The notes beneath the pieces were generated by a model, which was not told where the DNA came from, ran no database searches, and saw nothing but the letters and a program-made list of their open reading frames with translations. Shown one piece after another: positions 25,508 to 37,810 of a DNA stretch of 64,000 nt. Location of the stretch: assembly GCA_017499595.2 (NCBI GenBank), contig CM039009.1, forward strand, positions 1,550,001 to 1,614,000. Reading direction: 5' to 3'. The DNA comes from Psilocybe cubensis. Taxonomy: Eukaryota. The translations under genes and the position numbers were made by a program. Positions within the stretch are counted from its first letter, which is position 1. The number at the start of each line of letters is the position of its first letter.

Positions 25508-26262
25508 CGTATCATACTACGTGCGTGCACGCACAAGTCCAAATTCCCACAATGTGCCACAAACGGCAACAACTGGCTTTACCTATTTACCCATGACGCT
25601 TGAAAACCCTTACACACACCCCATCCATCTACGTCCACTTCAAAACACCCGGCTATAGTTCAATTTCATTACCCCTTTACACTTCCAACTTCTGTGAACC
25701 GCCATAGCCCACCCTCGCAGAGCAACCAGGACTTTTTCCATGTGTCAACAGATTCCCATGCCCAGGCAAGTGCGATTGACTTAGCCAAATTTCCAATACG
25801 CATCGCCACTGCATGCTCATTTGTCAATAAACCCCTTTCCTCAAGTTCTGGAACGGTTCTAGACCTACATTGGATGAGGAGGATTGCCAGGAGGCGTGTC
25901 ACATATACTAGAGGGGTAGTAGTTCAGAAGTAGTTAGTTCTAGTCTATGACAGTACATCCTACAGAGCAATCTACCAAAAATTTCCCTCAGCTATGTTGT
26001 TGTCCTCAGTGTTTCCTGTGTTCTTCAAGCATCAACCATTGTACCCAGTATATCCAGAATCTTTTGCATTTGTCCCCAGGAGTAATTTGAAGCTGTGTGG
26101 CAGCTTGCATTCCCTGAAACACCACTACACATTTCAGCCTTGTGGTTAGAAGTCCTTGTGAAGGAAACTCACCATTTATCTATTAGACAAGCTGTTGGGT
26201 ATGTTATAGGCCCGGCCACTGTATCTTGCTTGTTTTGCACCCATCTTGCTTGCTAGCACATC
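25508..26262. other. Unclassified ~755-bp insertion inside the Copia-2 integrase
   Basis: Integrase ...VFMDD(C) breaks at 26263 and resumes (SSLLKC) at 25507. AGC flanks both sides. Perfect palindrome GTGCGTGCACGCAC at 25521-25534. Confidence 0.55.
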
Positions 26263-27232
26263 AGCAATCATCCATGAATACTAGCATGTAGAGCTTGCCA
26301 TGTGGGATCAATACCGGAAATGGACCATGGCCATTGAGAAAAACAGTTGCAAGGAGGCAATCAGCCTTTGGAGTATCAGACAGGGGAGCTGCAGTCTTGG
26401 TGTGCTTGCCAATAATGCATGGTTCATATTTTTCTATTTTGTCATTGGACGAGAAAACAACACCCAGGACGGAATGAATGAGTTGCTAGGTTGTAGTTTC
26501 CCCAATATGCTCCATGCAATGGTGCCAAAAATCAAGTGTTTTGGGCACTTTTGCATAGAGAGCAACTTCAGGTGTGTCCGAGCTTGAAAAATGTAGCACA
26601 AAAGGCAGGGAGGGTAGGAATTTGACGTTAAGGAAGAAGAGGTTATTAATGATATCATTGCAAAAGATAACGGCAGAGGGGTTTTTGCCTGGCAGCATAA
26701 AAATGCTGTCTTCAGACCCAAACCCAATTTTGCTATTCTTTGCAATAATGCAGCCAAGTGATAGCAGGTTGAGAGTAGCATTGGGTAAGTAAAGATAGTC
26801 ATTCAGCTTAACAACAGTAGATTGGCTATTGAGGGAAACATACATATAGCAGGTTCCACTTGCTTTAGTGCATAGAACACTGGAATTTGCTATGACCATG
26901 TTTGTCTTTTCCTTTGCCTTTTGGACCTTGACCCTCCATGTTTCTGCCTTTCAAGAAACAGTGTGCACATTATGTGAACACAGTTTGCAAACTGTGCAGA
27001 CAACACTGTCTGGGTTTTTGTCATAAATGCAAACACCCATAGACTCATATACAAGGTTGACATATTCGGAACCAGGACCATTTGCACGACCAGACGGAGT
27101 CTTATAGGCTAATCTAGCATACTCAATGGTCAGATGCAAGATCGTTTAAGTTAGCAGAGTGTTAGGTAGATCAGGGTTCAATGCACTTTGATGAGCAATA
27201 TGATCCTCCATATTCTGTGTCAGAAGCATTTG

Positions 27233-27478
27233 CACATAGGACAGTTGTAGAATAACGTACCTTACGACATATTTAAAAATGATGAATTGACGTAATACAC
27301 AGTGTGATTTACAAACAGTACTAAGTTAAAAATAGCCCGTCCCCTACAGTCCAGCTGGAACGGCTAATTTATCCCTTGCCACACGGGGCCATTTATTTAT
27401 AAATGGCCCCCTTGCTGGCCCATGACGGACCGTGATATTTGCCCCGTCTGCGCATCACGGCAAAATTCGGAGCCGACT
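27233..27478 (+). repeat. KDZ left terminal inverted repeat
   Basis: CACATAGGACAGTTGTAG...GAGCCGACT is collinear with the reverse complement of 42681-42925. Confidence 0.92.
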
Positions 27479-27707
27479 GCTTGTGGGACCCGTCCACGGG
27501 CCATCATATTCTGCCTATAAATGAATTACAGGATCAGTCCAAGCCGTAATTATATTAGCTTACGGTACCGTATCTACTCCAAAAGCTATGCTTGACGCGG
27601 GAAAGTATGAGCCGCTTGAAAAACCCGGGACATAACATACCCAAAAATTACATTAATCAGTGCCGCCGATAATCAATTCACCTATCAACTGAACATCTTC
27701 AACCGTA

Positions 27708-28947
27708 ATGAGCAAGGCCATTGATATGACCCAAGCCCTTTCAACTTATTTGCAAGCATGCATGGCAAGCAAGATCAACAATGGAGTGTGCACATTGATT
27801 CCGGAAGGCATGACTGCCAAAACATTGTATGAGTGCAATTTGGCAGTAGAGATAATCCTCGCAGCACACTCAAATCAAGGTGAGTGTTAAACCAAGTTAC
27901 ACAAAAGTCAAGGTCTCAGACTATACTATACCACATTAGAAAAAACTAAATGGAATGCAAATAATTATATTACACACTTGACCAAACGTTGCACTGGACG
28001 GAATGACGCTGTTGAAGAAGATCTAAAGAAATCATTTCCACCAATTCACCTCCCAATAATGTATCGGTACAAGCCCGGAACCGTGCCTGATTGTGAAGGA
28101 AACATTCTGGCATGGTACTTGCCAGGAATCTTAACAGAAAAACGGGTGGTGAGTGCTTTACTTGATGGTCAGGTAAATAGCTAAGAAACTTAGAACACTA
28201 TATGGAAAATGCTACAAAATATTGAAGCTGTTATTCGTATGACCCCATCATTAACTAGCTAGAGGGCCAACGAAACATACTTTAGACATGAGTCTGCTTG
28301 GCTGCGTCCAGGAAATGCCAACTTTTCACCCGCTTGGTTTCAGCAAGGGCATGAGGTAGGGTATTGTATTCCTTTGCAATTTTTTGATTTGAATGCTTCA
28401 GCAGCAATCCAATCCGTTGGAGGTTTCAGCTGATCTCACACATTCCAACGGACTATCATTTATTGCCGGTCTAATGACTACTTTGGCATTGATTGGAGCC
28501 ATTCTAAGCATTATTCATCCAGCACAGTTTCGGGCCGGAATGGAGTTCCTCGAGCGGATATCGTCTCAACCCGAGATCATCTACAAGGCCAAACTTTTGA
28601 AGCATATCCTCACTTTCTGGACTTCCCCCTTTGGCATCATCAGTGTTATTAGCAATAGAGACACTCCTTTTCATTGTGATAATGGATCATGTTACCCTTG
28701 GTATGATCTGCTCATGCCATTGGGCAACTATGAAAATGGGAGAATTGAACTTCCAGGCGTTGGCTTAAGGTATAAGTACGATCCAACAACATTATTTGCA
28801 ATTTCTGGAAGGGTGCTACAGCACAGGGTAATATGTGATGGAGACAGAGCAGTTTTAGCCTTTTATATGCGTAGAATGGTTTTGGAAAGACTAGGAGTCA
28901 GCAGAGCAGGATGGTCAACTTCCTCCGATATTTTTCAAAACTTGTAG
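27708..28947 (+). pseudogene. TET/JBP-family 2OG-Fe(II) dioxygenase, 4 exons, one nonsense codon
   Basis: Exons 27708-27879, 27940-28148, 28194-28355 and ~28402-28947. Motifs ILAWYLPG, FSPAWFQQGHE, SNRDTPFHCD (HxD), distal His in VLQHRV, Arg in GDRAVLAFYMR. In-frame TAG at 28260-28262. Confidence 0.88.
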
Positions 28948-28961
28948 ATTTTAAATTGATC

Positions 28962-30644
28962 TCAATGCAAAGTATTGAAATTGTTATTTAAATTGTAACC
29001 ACCGTCTTGATCTTCATCTTCATAGCTCCAGTCGTTATGAGATTGTGTTTCATCATTGGAAACTTCTGAGTCTTCTATCACGTCTGAAAACTCTTCAAAA
29101 TCTTCTTCATCTTCAATTTGTTCTGCCAATTGTTCTAAATAATCTGCAGGAACAGATGTGCCAGAAGAAGAGGAAGACGCACAGTCGTCATTATTTTCTC
29201 TATAATTGTTCAAGGATGCTCGTGGATCCAGAACAAATACCTCGTTTGCGGAAGAACTAGAAGCCAAAACGGCAAAAGGTTTGACCGGGATGACGTTTGG
29301 ATCCAATGTTTTGGCAGCAGTCTCCGGAGCCGTTTGAACGTTGACAACCCTGGATAATGGTGTAGAATACAACCAAGGGGGGTGAAAAGAAAGCTCTTTC
29401 AAGGCGACAAATGAATAAAAGATGCCATTAATACAGAATGAGGCATCATTCATTTGAGAAAGAGCATTGTATTGCATTTCAGATAGACAAACATTCCAGC
29501 CATCAGGTTTTGGGTGAACTGGATGCTGAAGCTTGTATTCGTCAGGGAATAGAAAGTTATGCTCAAAGGGAGGCCTCCCATACTCGTAAGCTATGTTTTC
29601 TATGATTAAATATCTGCCCACCAGGTCGGAAAAGTGGGCTACAGCTTCATCAGCAGTTTTCCTCATATCTGCAAGGTTAAGACGAAGATTGGCCAAAGAT
29701 CTCATAACACATGTAAAAATTGGCTGCCCACATTTGGGACAGTATGGAGGCCTATGGTCCGAGATGGCAATGGGAGACATATGATCCCAAGTATTGGCAA
29801 CTGGCGGGGCAGCGGAGTGGCTTCCAAAAGGTTGTTTGGAGTCCTGAGGTCCTGAAGGAAAACTATCCTTTGCCTTTGATGCTGGAGCTTGTGGAGCTAT
29901 TTTTTTGGAACTTCCGGAGCTCTTTTGATGCTTTAAAGCTGAAGAAATCGACAAAATGGTGTAAGAAGCATCCGCTGAGGGTTGATTGGGGTGAAACACT
30001 CCCGCCGTAGGCCTTTCGGAGTGCTGGGCTGCCGCCGGAGCGGCGGAATGAGCTTGTGCTGCAGACTCAGATGGACCACCTTTCTTGCTCAACTTGAGCT
30101 CTTCTACATATCGCGGGAGGACAATCTATGTAGATTTATCAACAAACAATTATATGGGCTTTATGTCCAGGGTCCCACCAGTAGCCCCATGGTTTTGTTG
30201 ATTTTAAAATATCATTATCTTCCTCTGCTGACCAGCACTGGTTAAGCGATTGAAAGAGAACTGCATTGTGATGGGGATTGCTATTGAGAACAGCATGAAC
30301 CAATTGGTTAAGGATTTCTGCTATAAAGAAGGAGGTGTCGACAGCAAATCCATTTATATAACAGTATCTAAGTACTCTGAGCAATATAGCCTGCAATTTC
30401 ATTTGAATAAATGATTAATTGAAAGAATAATCTTACTTACTGCCTTTCTTTCCAACAATGTAAGCCATCTTGCCAAAGTGTCCGGCGGCACGCTTGATGC
30501 CGAACTAAGTAACAATCGGTATCCAGTTCAGATCCGAGCACCACACAAATGAACATGCAGCTTTGCTAAAGCACGTCTTTCATCGTAGCTGAGAAGATAG
30601 TGTTCATCTTCAGTAGGGGGATTGAAGATACAAGGAAGGCTCAT
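28962..30644 (-). pseudogene. KDZ cargo gene of unknown function with a CPKC motif and an acidic C-terminus
   Basis: ATG at 30644 (MSLPCIFNPPTEDEHYLL...), GT-AG intron ~30440-30391, then AILLRVLRYCYING...WGYWW. A frameshift and stop near 30130-30150 lead into the 376-aa ORF 28962-30092. TGA at 30526-30528. Confidence 0.65.
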
Positions 30645-30720
30645 GGTGGTCTTGTGGCAATATTGATCAGTTAGGTGGAAAAATATATAGATTACAAGTC
30701 TAGTGAATAGAACAGGTGAC

Positions 30721-33700
30721 CTAATTTGTAGTTATAAAAATCCACACGGAGGGATAGTTGCCGTTTATCTTCCGGAATTTGACATCGGCGGCCTGCCCTA
30801 AGTCATTCCACATTGCTATCTGCTTCTGACAGAAAGCCCTATGACCTGCCAAGCGGTCCGGAACAATTTCATGCCGTTCCTTCCAAGTCTTGGCCATGTG
30901 GACATAAAATCTCACCGTCCATTCCATTTCTTTGTTTGTCAGGGATAGTTCTTCTTTCCATCTGTTTCTTTGAGCCCTAGCTCTCAGCCAGTTAAGACAA
31001 AAGACTTGTAGATTTTAGATAGTTTGTAGAGCCAAGAGAAAGATAACTCACATTCATTGACGTATAATTGGTTATCGGCATTGAGTCCTTGGCGGGATCT
31101 CCAAATCCAACTAAGCCGGTTGGAACTGCCGCCCCAAACATTTGGATACAAAATTGCCGCGCTGTGCTTGCAATCATGGTCATATAAAACAGGAAACTCC
31201 CTCCGTATCTGCATAATATCCTCTTTGGAGTGGCCGGCAATGCAAATCATTGCTATCCGGTTTGCATTGTAAATCTTTTTGTGCAATTTCCAAGATGCAT
31301 TCAACAGTTTGACTCCGTCCCATGCGTAGGTGCCTGTGTATACCGAATCTGCCATGTGGACTTGATATTTATATTTCCACGAGAGCTGAATGAGGGCTGA
31401 TCTAACTGCCTCAAGACAATCTTCAGCATGGCCCTGGCGAATGCGTAACTTGAGTTTTTGCAGCCCTTTAAGTTGGTGAGCCATGCCTTCTTCAAGATCT
31501 CGGAAATAATCATCAAGCAGTGCTGATGGGAACGGGAGAGATTGCCGTTCCGGATCCGCCCAGGTAATATTAACATTCCCAATGTCGGCTATCTCATCAT
31601 TGCTGACTTTGTTGTTAAGAACTGGGGTATTAACTCCTTGAATACTCTCCAAAGCCTCTTCCCCCAAGAATGTCAATGCAGTACGGCTGAAAGCCTCGAC
31701 TCGTGTTCACATTGACCAACGTTTATTAACCAAATCGAGCTGTTGAGCTGTAGATGGATGAGTTCCAAGTTTGCGAACATGGCTTCTTAGCTCTAATCTG
31801 TAGGGTATAAAAATATATAAAATTCAAAAAAATAAAAAACATACTGAGCTTGTTCCAATTTCAAGCCAGATGAAATCCAAGCAGCCTTGCCTGTAGCTCC
31901 GGAGGAAGTCAGCTCCATATTTGAAAGATGTAATTCAATTTCTTGTCTTCCGGCAGCAGTTTTTACTTTGCTTGCCATTACTTGACTCATAGCATCAGAT
32001 ACTCCTTGATCCCGATCAAACTCGGCCTGTTTGATTTCTTGCTCCCATGTGTCAACTAGCTCGGGAGGTTGTTGTTCCATAAGATTTTGGTAGAATGCTT
32101 CCGTTATACCGGACTGTTCAACGGCCCGCTTGTACTTGGCTGCTATGGTGGCAGCTTTGCAAACATGAAATTAGTACAGCAGACTCTATAGTAGTAGAAG
32201 TACTTACCCATGTTTATTGTTTTTTCCAATTTGAATCACCCATGTAGTCATCCAGAACTTCAGCGTGGTGTGCAGTGGTTGCCAAACGAGTACTTTGGGA
32301 AGTATCATTAAGGATGGACCAGAGAGGTTCCAATATTTTTCCGTCAATAATTCCAACGCCCGGAATGTAGGTTGAGGCATAATTGTACAAGCATTCAGAT
32401 TTATGCCTATAGACATGGAAAAGACCAATAGCAAAGATTATTTTGACAGAGGGGGGCCAGTGCATCTTTGTAGAGTCAGTCAGACACTTTATGAGATTGA
32501 CACAATATTGGCAGTTGATATCATAAATTTCCAGATGCCTAGTGATGCCTTTAGTATTTGTTGTTCCCCTTACCTGTGTTAAGGACCAATCCATGTGCAT
32601 TTGCTTCTCTCCTTTGTCAAAATCAACAACACTGTTAGGACAAAAGCATCCATGTCTTGCACATGCATGGGCGCCTATTCCTCTAACTCGTTTTCCAGGG
32701 CTAATTCTATTCTCTGCTTTTTGTGCATGGTAGTTGTGACAAGTTAGTTCCTGGAAAAGTTGTTAATTGGGAGCATGTTGAGCCGCGGCGGGAGCATGTT
32801 AGGCCGCGGCAGCAATACACTTACCCGTTTATAACGTGGTGCCAGAAAAATAGCTTCCTTTATATGCTCCTTGTATGGCTCAGGATTGGTCATAAAACCT
32901 TCTCCAACACTGAGCCAGACGTCGTCTCCCTTGTTTTTTTGATTCAAATGATTGGCTTTGAAGTTTCCATTTGCCACATAGCTACAAATATAGATATCAC
33001 TAATATAATGTGAGCTCAATAATTGAATGAAGGTATTCTGCCTACCTATCAGCTTCAAGAACCCAGTCATCAGATAGGTTAACACCTGGCTGTAGACATG
33101 CTGGACAGAACAATCTCAAGGACCCTCTTTTATCTAGCTCGTTTCTGGACGGAGGTTCAGGTGACATATTATTTGGGTCAGAATCATCTGGATCAACTTC
33201 AAACCGGGATGTTGTATCATTCCATTTGGGAACTTCGTTTGGTTCCGATTGTCGGGATGAAGAATTATTCCGTATTTGCTCTGTTTCCGGAGGTGTTATT
33301 GAGCCAAAAGGTTCCTGATTGGGATGAATTTCAGAGCCTTGTTGTGGGTATTTCAACTCCATATAAGCTTTTAGAGCCTGTTCAGAGTGTCCTTGACTGT
33401 GTATTTTGTGCAATATAAGGTTTCTGTATTGGCGACTAAGCCTTTTCAGTTCCCAATAGCAGTTCAGAACCTTTTTGGAAAATGAAGGAGAGGTAATGCG
33501 TCTGAGCTTTTCATAATATTGATAGCCCAAGATTTTGCATTCAAGGTTGATAATCCTAAAATCCTCCAGCAAATCCAGAGTAAACAAGATTCGGATATTC
33601 TGGAAACTAGTAGCAAAAAGACCCATTTCCAGATATTGCAAATCCAAAGGCAGCACGGCAGATCGGCAAGTACAAGTCCGAACGGGGAGATAGTGTACTC

Positions 33701-34723
33701 CGGATGTATGAATAATAACTTTGAATGGGATACCGTCATTATCTTCGGCCCTTGGACGGGGTTGATCGTGGAAGCTTGTATCAAGTTCCTCATACAAGTT
33801 GATATCCTCATCGTCTCTATCATCCAGTTCAAACAGAGTTGGGATTTCAGGATCTGCAAGAAGCTGAGATGTGAAAGACTTTTCGTCATTGTTTGCTGGG
33901 GTTGGACCAATGTCATGAGTATCCATAAGTTTGGCGGTATCATGAGTCCCGCTCCTGTGGTATTCATTGGCGGCAAATAATGTGCTGCTCCAATAGTTGT
34001 TTTCGGCGGCAGATTGAGTCCTGTTTCCAATATATTCTTTGGCTCCAATGCTTGTCCCGTGGGTACTCTTGTTTAAGGGCAATTGTACTGGACACCTCTT
34101 CCCATTATGACCAAGATACAACCTAATACCCACTTCCCATAAACCTCCAGGACGAAAGTACTCCCCTGTCCATTTCTTGACTCGGTGAAACAGAATAAGT
34201 TGATGGTTTTGTCTCAGACAGTGAGGGCAAACAAGCTGAGATCCAAAACATTCAAGGCATCTCCAACATCCTGGGAGTCTTTGGCATTGCTGGCATTGAT
34301 TATCCCGATGCGGAGGAGGCGCCTCCCGGCCAATACATCCCAAGGTATATTTCTCTCTTTGGAAGCCACTCTCTAAGGTAGTCATTTTGAGACTAAGATA
34401 ATAATTTGTGAGCAGAACACCTCAATACATTGACACAGATATACCTTTCCCCCCATCCTAACATCCTGTAACTCTCTCAAGTTGTCAATTACCTGCTGGT
34501 CTGTCAGATCTCCCGGATAGTGAGGTATGTCTGCTTTATCTATATTGTGTTCAAAGTGTTGTAACATGTTTTGGGCAGGTAGAGGAATAGAAGTGGAAGA
34601 TTGGCTTGTATCAGGTCTATATTTCCTTGGCCTTCCTCTTTTCCTTGAAGCCCTAGAAGACCAGCTTGCCTCCTTGGGGCCGTCGCTATCTAATCCATTA
34701 TCTGGCACAGTATGAAAGCCCAT
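30721..34723 (-). pseudogene. KDZ transposase with CxC2 cysteine cluster, multi-exon, inactivated
   Basis: SQNDYLREW; CxC2 (CQQC..WRCLECFG..CPHC...HRVKKWTG...LGHNGKRCP, IHTSGVH..CTC); FCPACLQPGVNL; VANGNFK; CARHGCF...DFDKGEKQ; YDINCQY; GLFHVYRH..C; DGKILEPLW; DDYMGDSNWKK. Several frameshifts and stops. Confidence 0.93.
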
Positions 34724-35611
34724 GGAAGTGGGAAGCAAAGTGTCTGAGCACCTGTGAATTTCATTCTAAATACAGTATTCCATTGATAGCTCTTCACCAT
34801 GTGCATTAAATTTATTTTAGTCTACATAATCTTTTTGAGGGAGAAAATAGCTTTCATATGACCTATCTTGCAAGGAATTTGGAGAACTGTAGCCAATTTT
34901 ATGAACAAGTTTCATTTTAGATGTGCAGAAAATGGTCGTGATCCCAACAGAAATGCATAATGTAATCTACAATGACCTCTCAAAACCACTCTCCTGAAGT
35001 ATTTTGGCCATAACTCTCCATGCACATGCTCCCTACTCCTCTGGCATATATCATATAAAAAGTATTTTAAATGTCTATGCCATGTCAGTCTTTAGCAAAT
35101 TTAAATCCATGTATGTGAGAAGATATATGCAATTTACTGAAATGTTGCCCAATCTGAACTTGCTAGGATTCCAATTTCTTTGCACAAGAAACACAGTTTA
35201 GAGTACTTTACACAGACTCTTAGATATTCACCATTTTAATTTTTTTAAAATTGGAGGTGGAAAGTCATTTGCTTACTTTTACATTTTTAAACATTTCCAT
35301 GTGAGATATAACAGTCTTATATACAGAAATTCAATTAATACATATATAATTTATTGCTCACAAAATTTTGAGAGGATAGAGCAAGAACTAGGTGAGCTAT
35401 AATGAATATACTTTGTGATTGTGTGTGATAATGACAAGAGATGTTTGCTCGCTGTGCCCAACGTTTGGGCGGGATTGCCTGATTAAGTAGTTTCCCATGT
35501 CTTAAAATAGTAATCAAGATCAAAATCTTATTTTATCTCCGGTTGGTCGTAGATTATCTGGAATTCAGTCATTCATTGATAAGCTAATATGATGCCCATC
35601 CCTTTGTACAA

Positions 35612-37810
35612 ATGCCTCCTCAACCTCCTCCCTCAAACACCTCTGACAATTCAGGTCGCAGGCCTTCTGCCCCACCGCCCGGTGGCACTGTCGGGCCCGA
35701 TATTCCTCCCAACGAGGAACAACTGTGGACAGCTAGGGAGATGAGAATTCTGAGAGGCAACGTTCAAAACTACAAAGACACACCGAGATTATCCAAATCA
35801 GACTTTATTTGGAATACTATTGTGCCGTTAATCAAAGCCACATGGGATTACAAGTATTCGGAGGTTGCAATGAGAGCCAATAAAGCCTTGTTCAATGAAT
35901 GGAAAGCTAAGAAAGATGTAAGTCATGTCTTTATTTTGAAATAGATGCTAACATAAAATATTAGAGACTCTTTAATTGGTTTGCTAACCATGCCTCAACC
36001 CCTCAAAATGCCAAGTTGGATGGTATTCATGGACAAGCAACCTTTCAAAGTGTTTTTTGGGAGAAAAAGGCAGCCAAAATTGAAGAAGAAGTGCAGCTTT
36101 TATCGGGAAATGCACGATGGGGTAGCCCTCAATGGATTAAGTTTTATCAGCAGGCAAGAAAGCAAGTTGAATCTAGGCTTATTATGAAGGAGAGAGAGGA
36201 ATATGCTCAAATATTAGAGGAGTGGAAAAAGAAGGGTTTCTCCAAGACTTTAAAAGCAAAGTACGTTTGGCGGCATTACTTGGCTCTGATACTCACCTGT
36301 CAATAGGACCGCAAAACGACAAGGAAAGAAGATTCTTCACCAAATGGATCGAATAAAGTGGCTGAGGATGGGGATGAGATCCATTACATTTGAAGGCCAT
36401 TATGATCTTGATGGAAAAATTGAATACTCAATGTGAGTTATTTTGTTATTTGAACACTTTTGTTTTTCGGGATGTATGTGGCTCCCAATGACCTTTGGGA
36501 TTACATTGTGCCGGTTATGAATACGGGACAACCTGTTGTCCCGATCATTAACAACTTGATGCTAACTCATTAATAGGACACAAACACACAATCTAGGGTT
36601 GGATGACCCTCGCGTTCCTTCATTTGGACAACTATTTACAGATGAATTAAAGTCGTTCAGAAGGGCGTTTGTAAAATATCTTGTCAAGGTTTCAGAGATT
36701 GAAAACGGAGTATTAATTCCCGCCGTCCCCGCAGGCACTTTTCTTGAAAAGGATTTGAAGTTCAATAGCAATGGATTTCTGTTGGTTCCGTCACCTATAT
36801 ACAACTCAAAGGGGAGGGAGACTAATGCAATACAAAAAACAATCATTAGAATCTATATGAACTGAGTGTATGGTGAGTAATGTATTGGATTAATTCAACA
36901 TAGGGCTGAAATATTATAGCCTTGGCAAAAAATAAGAGTGGATCTCGAATCCCATGGGACTCCGTGGAGAAACATTTTGGCGAGATGATTGATCCCAAAT
37001 ATTGGCCAAGTTCCATTCCATTCACGGATCCAAGCAGACTCCGCGTTGATAACACTGCTGCTCTTCTGAGATATTGGAGACAGCATCAGTCTCATGGACT
37101 AATTCCTTTCAAGTTTGAAAGAGTATTGGTACGGGATAATGAAGAACTGTTGGAACCATGTTACGCTTCAAACTTGTTTGAAGGTCTCCAAACAGTGCCT
37201 GTACCCCCAGCACCAAGGTGCTTGACTACCTCAAAAAGAGTTCGTAGGAGACCTTGTCAAACATCTTTGAGTTTTTCAGAGCAATCTAATCCCTCTGATA
37301 CTCATGATGGACACCCTCAACAAGATTCTATCAGTGTTGACAGCCCTGGTGTTGGAACTGCAAGTCGTGCATGGGATGATACTCAGGCCAATAACACTCG
37401 GAATGACAATTGGGCCAAACAAACATGGGATAACACACAAGCCAATCAACCACGGGGATGAAACACAAGCCGATCAGCCTTGGGATAAAACACAAGCCGA
37501 TCAACATTGGGATGATAGTCAAGAAGGCATAATACCAACTAATAGAAGCCCTACAGTAGTAAACTCTTCCTTAAGACCTACTCCTGAACTTCAACAGCAA
37601 GGTACTAGCAAAGCTATACGCAAAGTTCAACCTCGGCCTAGGAAGAAAACTCAAAAATTAATTGGCAGTTCGGAGGCAAATGACCCCGTTCCACCACCGG
37701 CAGCAAGAGCCTCCCGACGCAAGTAAACTTCGGATGACTTAGCACTCCAGGAAGCAAATAACTTAGGCTTGACTGCAAAAAAAAGCAGAAAAGCTAGAGC
37801 CAAAAAATAA
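35612..37810 (+). pseudogene. KDZ-associated helical/HMG-like protein, 5 exons, disrupted
   Basis: Exons 35612-35917, 35965-36260, 36307-36432, 36577-36872 and 36920-37810 have consistent phases. WTAREMRIL...RLFNWFANH; HMG-like FYQQARKQVESRLIMKEREEYAQILEEWKKKG; IPWDSV...IDPKYWP...DPSRL...LLRYW. Stops at 36863 and 37724, frameshift at ~37455. Confidence 0.72.
37372..37521 (+). repeat. Degenerate ~30-bp coding tandem repeat (W-D-x-T-Q-A-D/N-Q-P units)
   Basis: TGGGAT(G/A)A(T/C/A)ACACAAGCC(G/A)ATCA units, repeated about five times. Confidence 0.7.

Larger units (their letters stand above)
21340..27225 (-). pseudogene. Copia-2 pol remnant (PR/IN/RT/RNase H), interrupted at 22059-23376 and 25508-26262
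   Basis: FWHHCMEH (GAG-pre-integrase), VFMDD, ARLVAQGFSQ, HVDNGLG, GPISWSLKKQ, KAKHIDI. Many stops and frameshifts. Confidence 0.88.
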
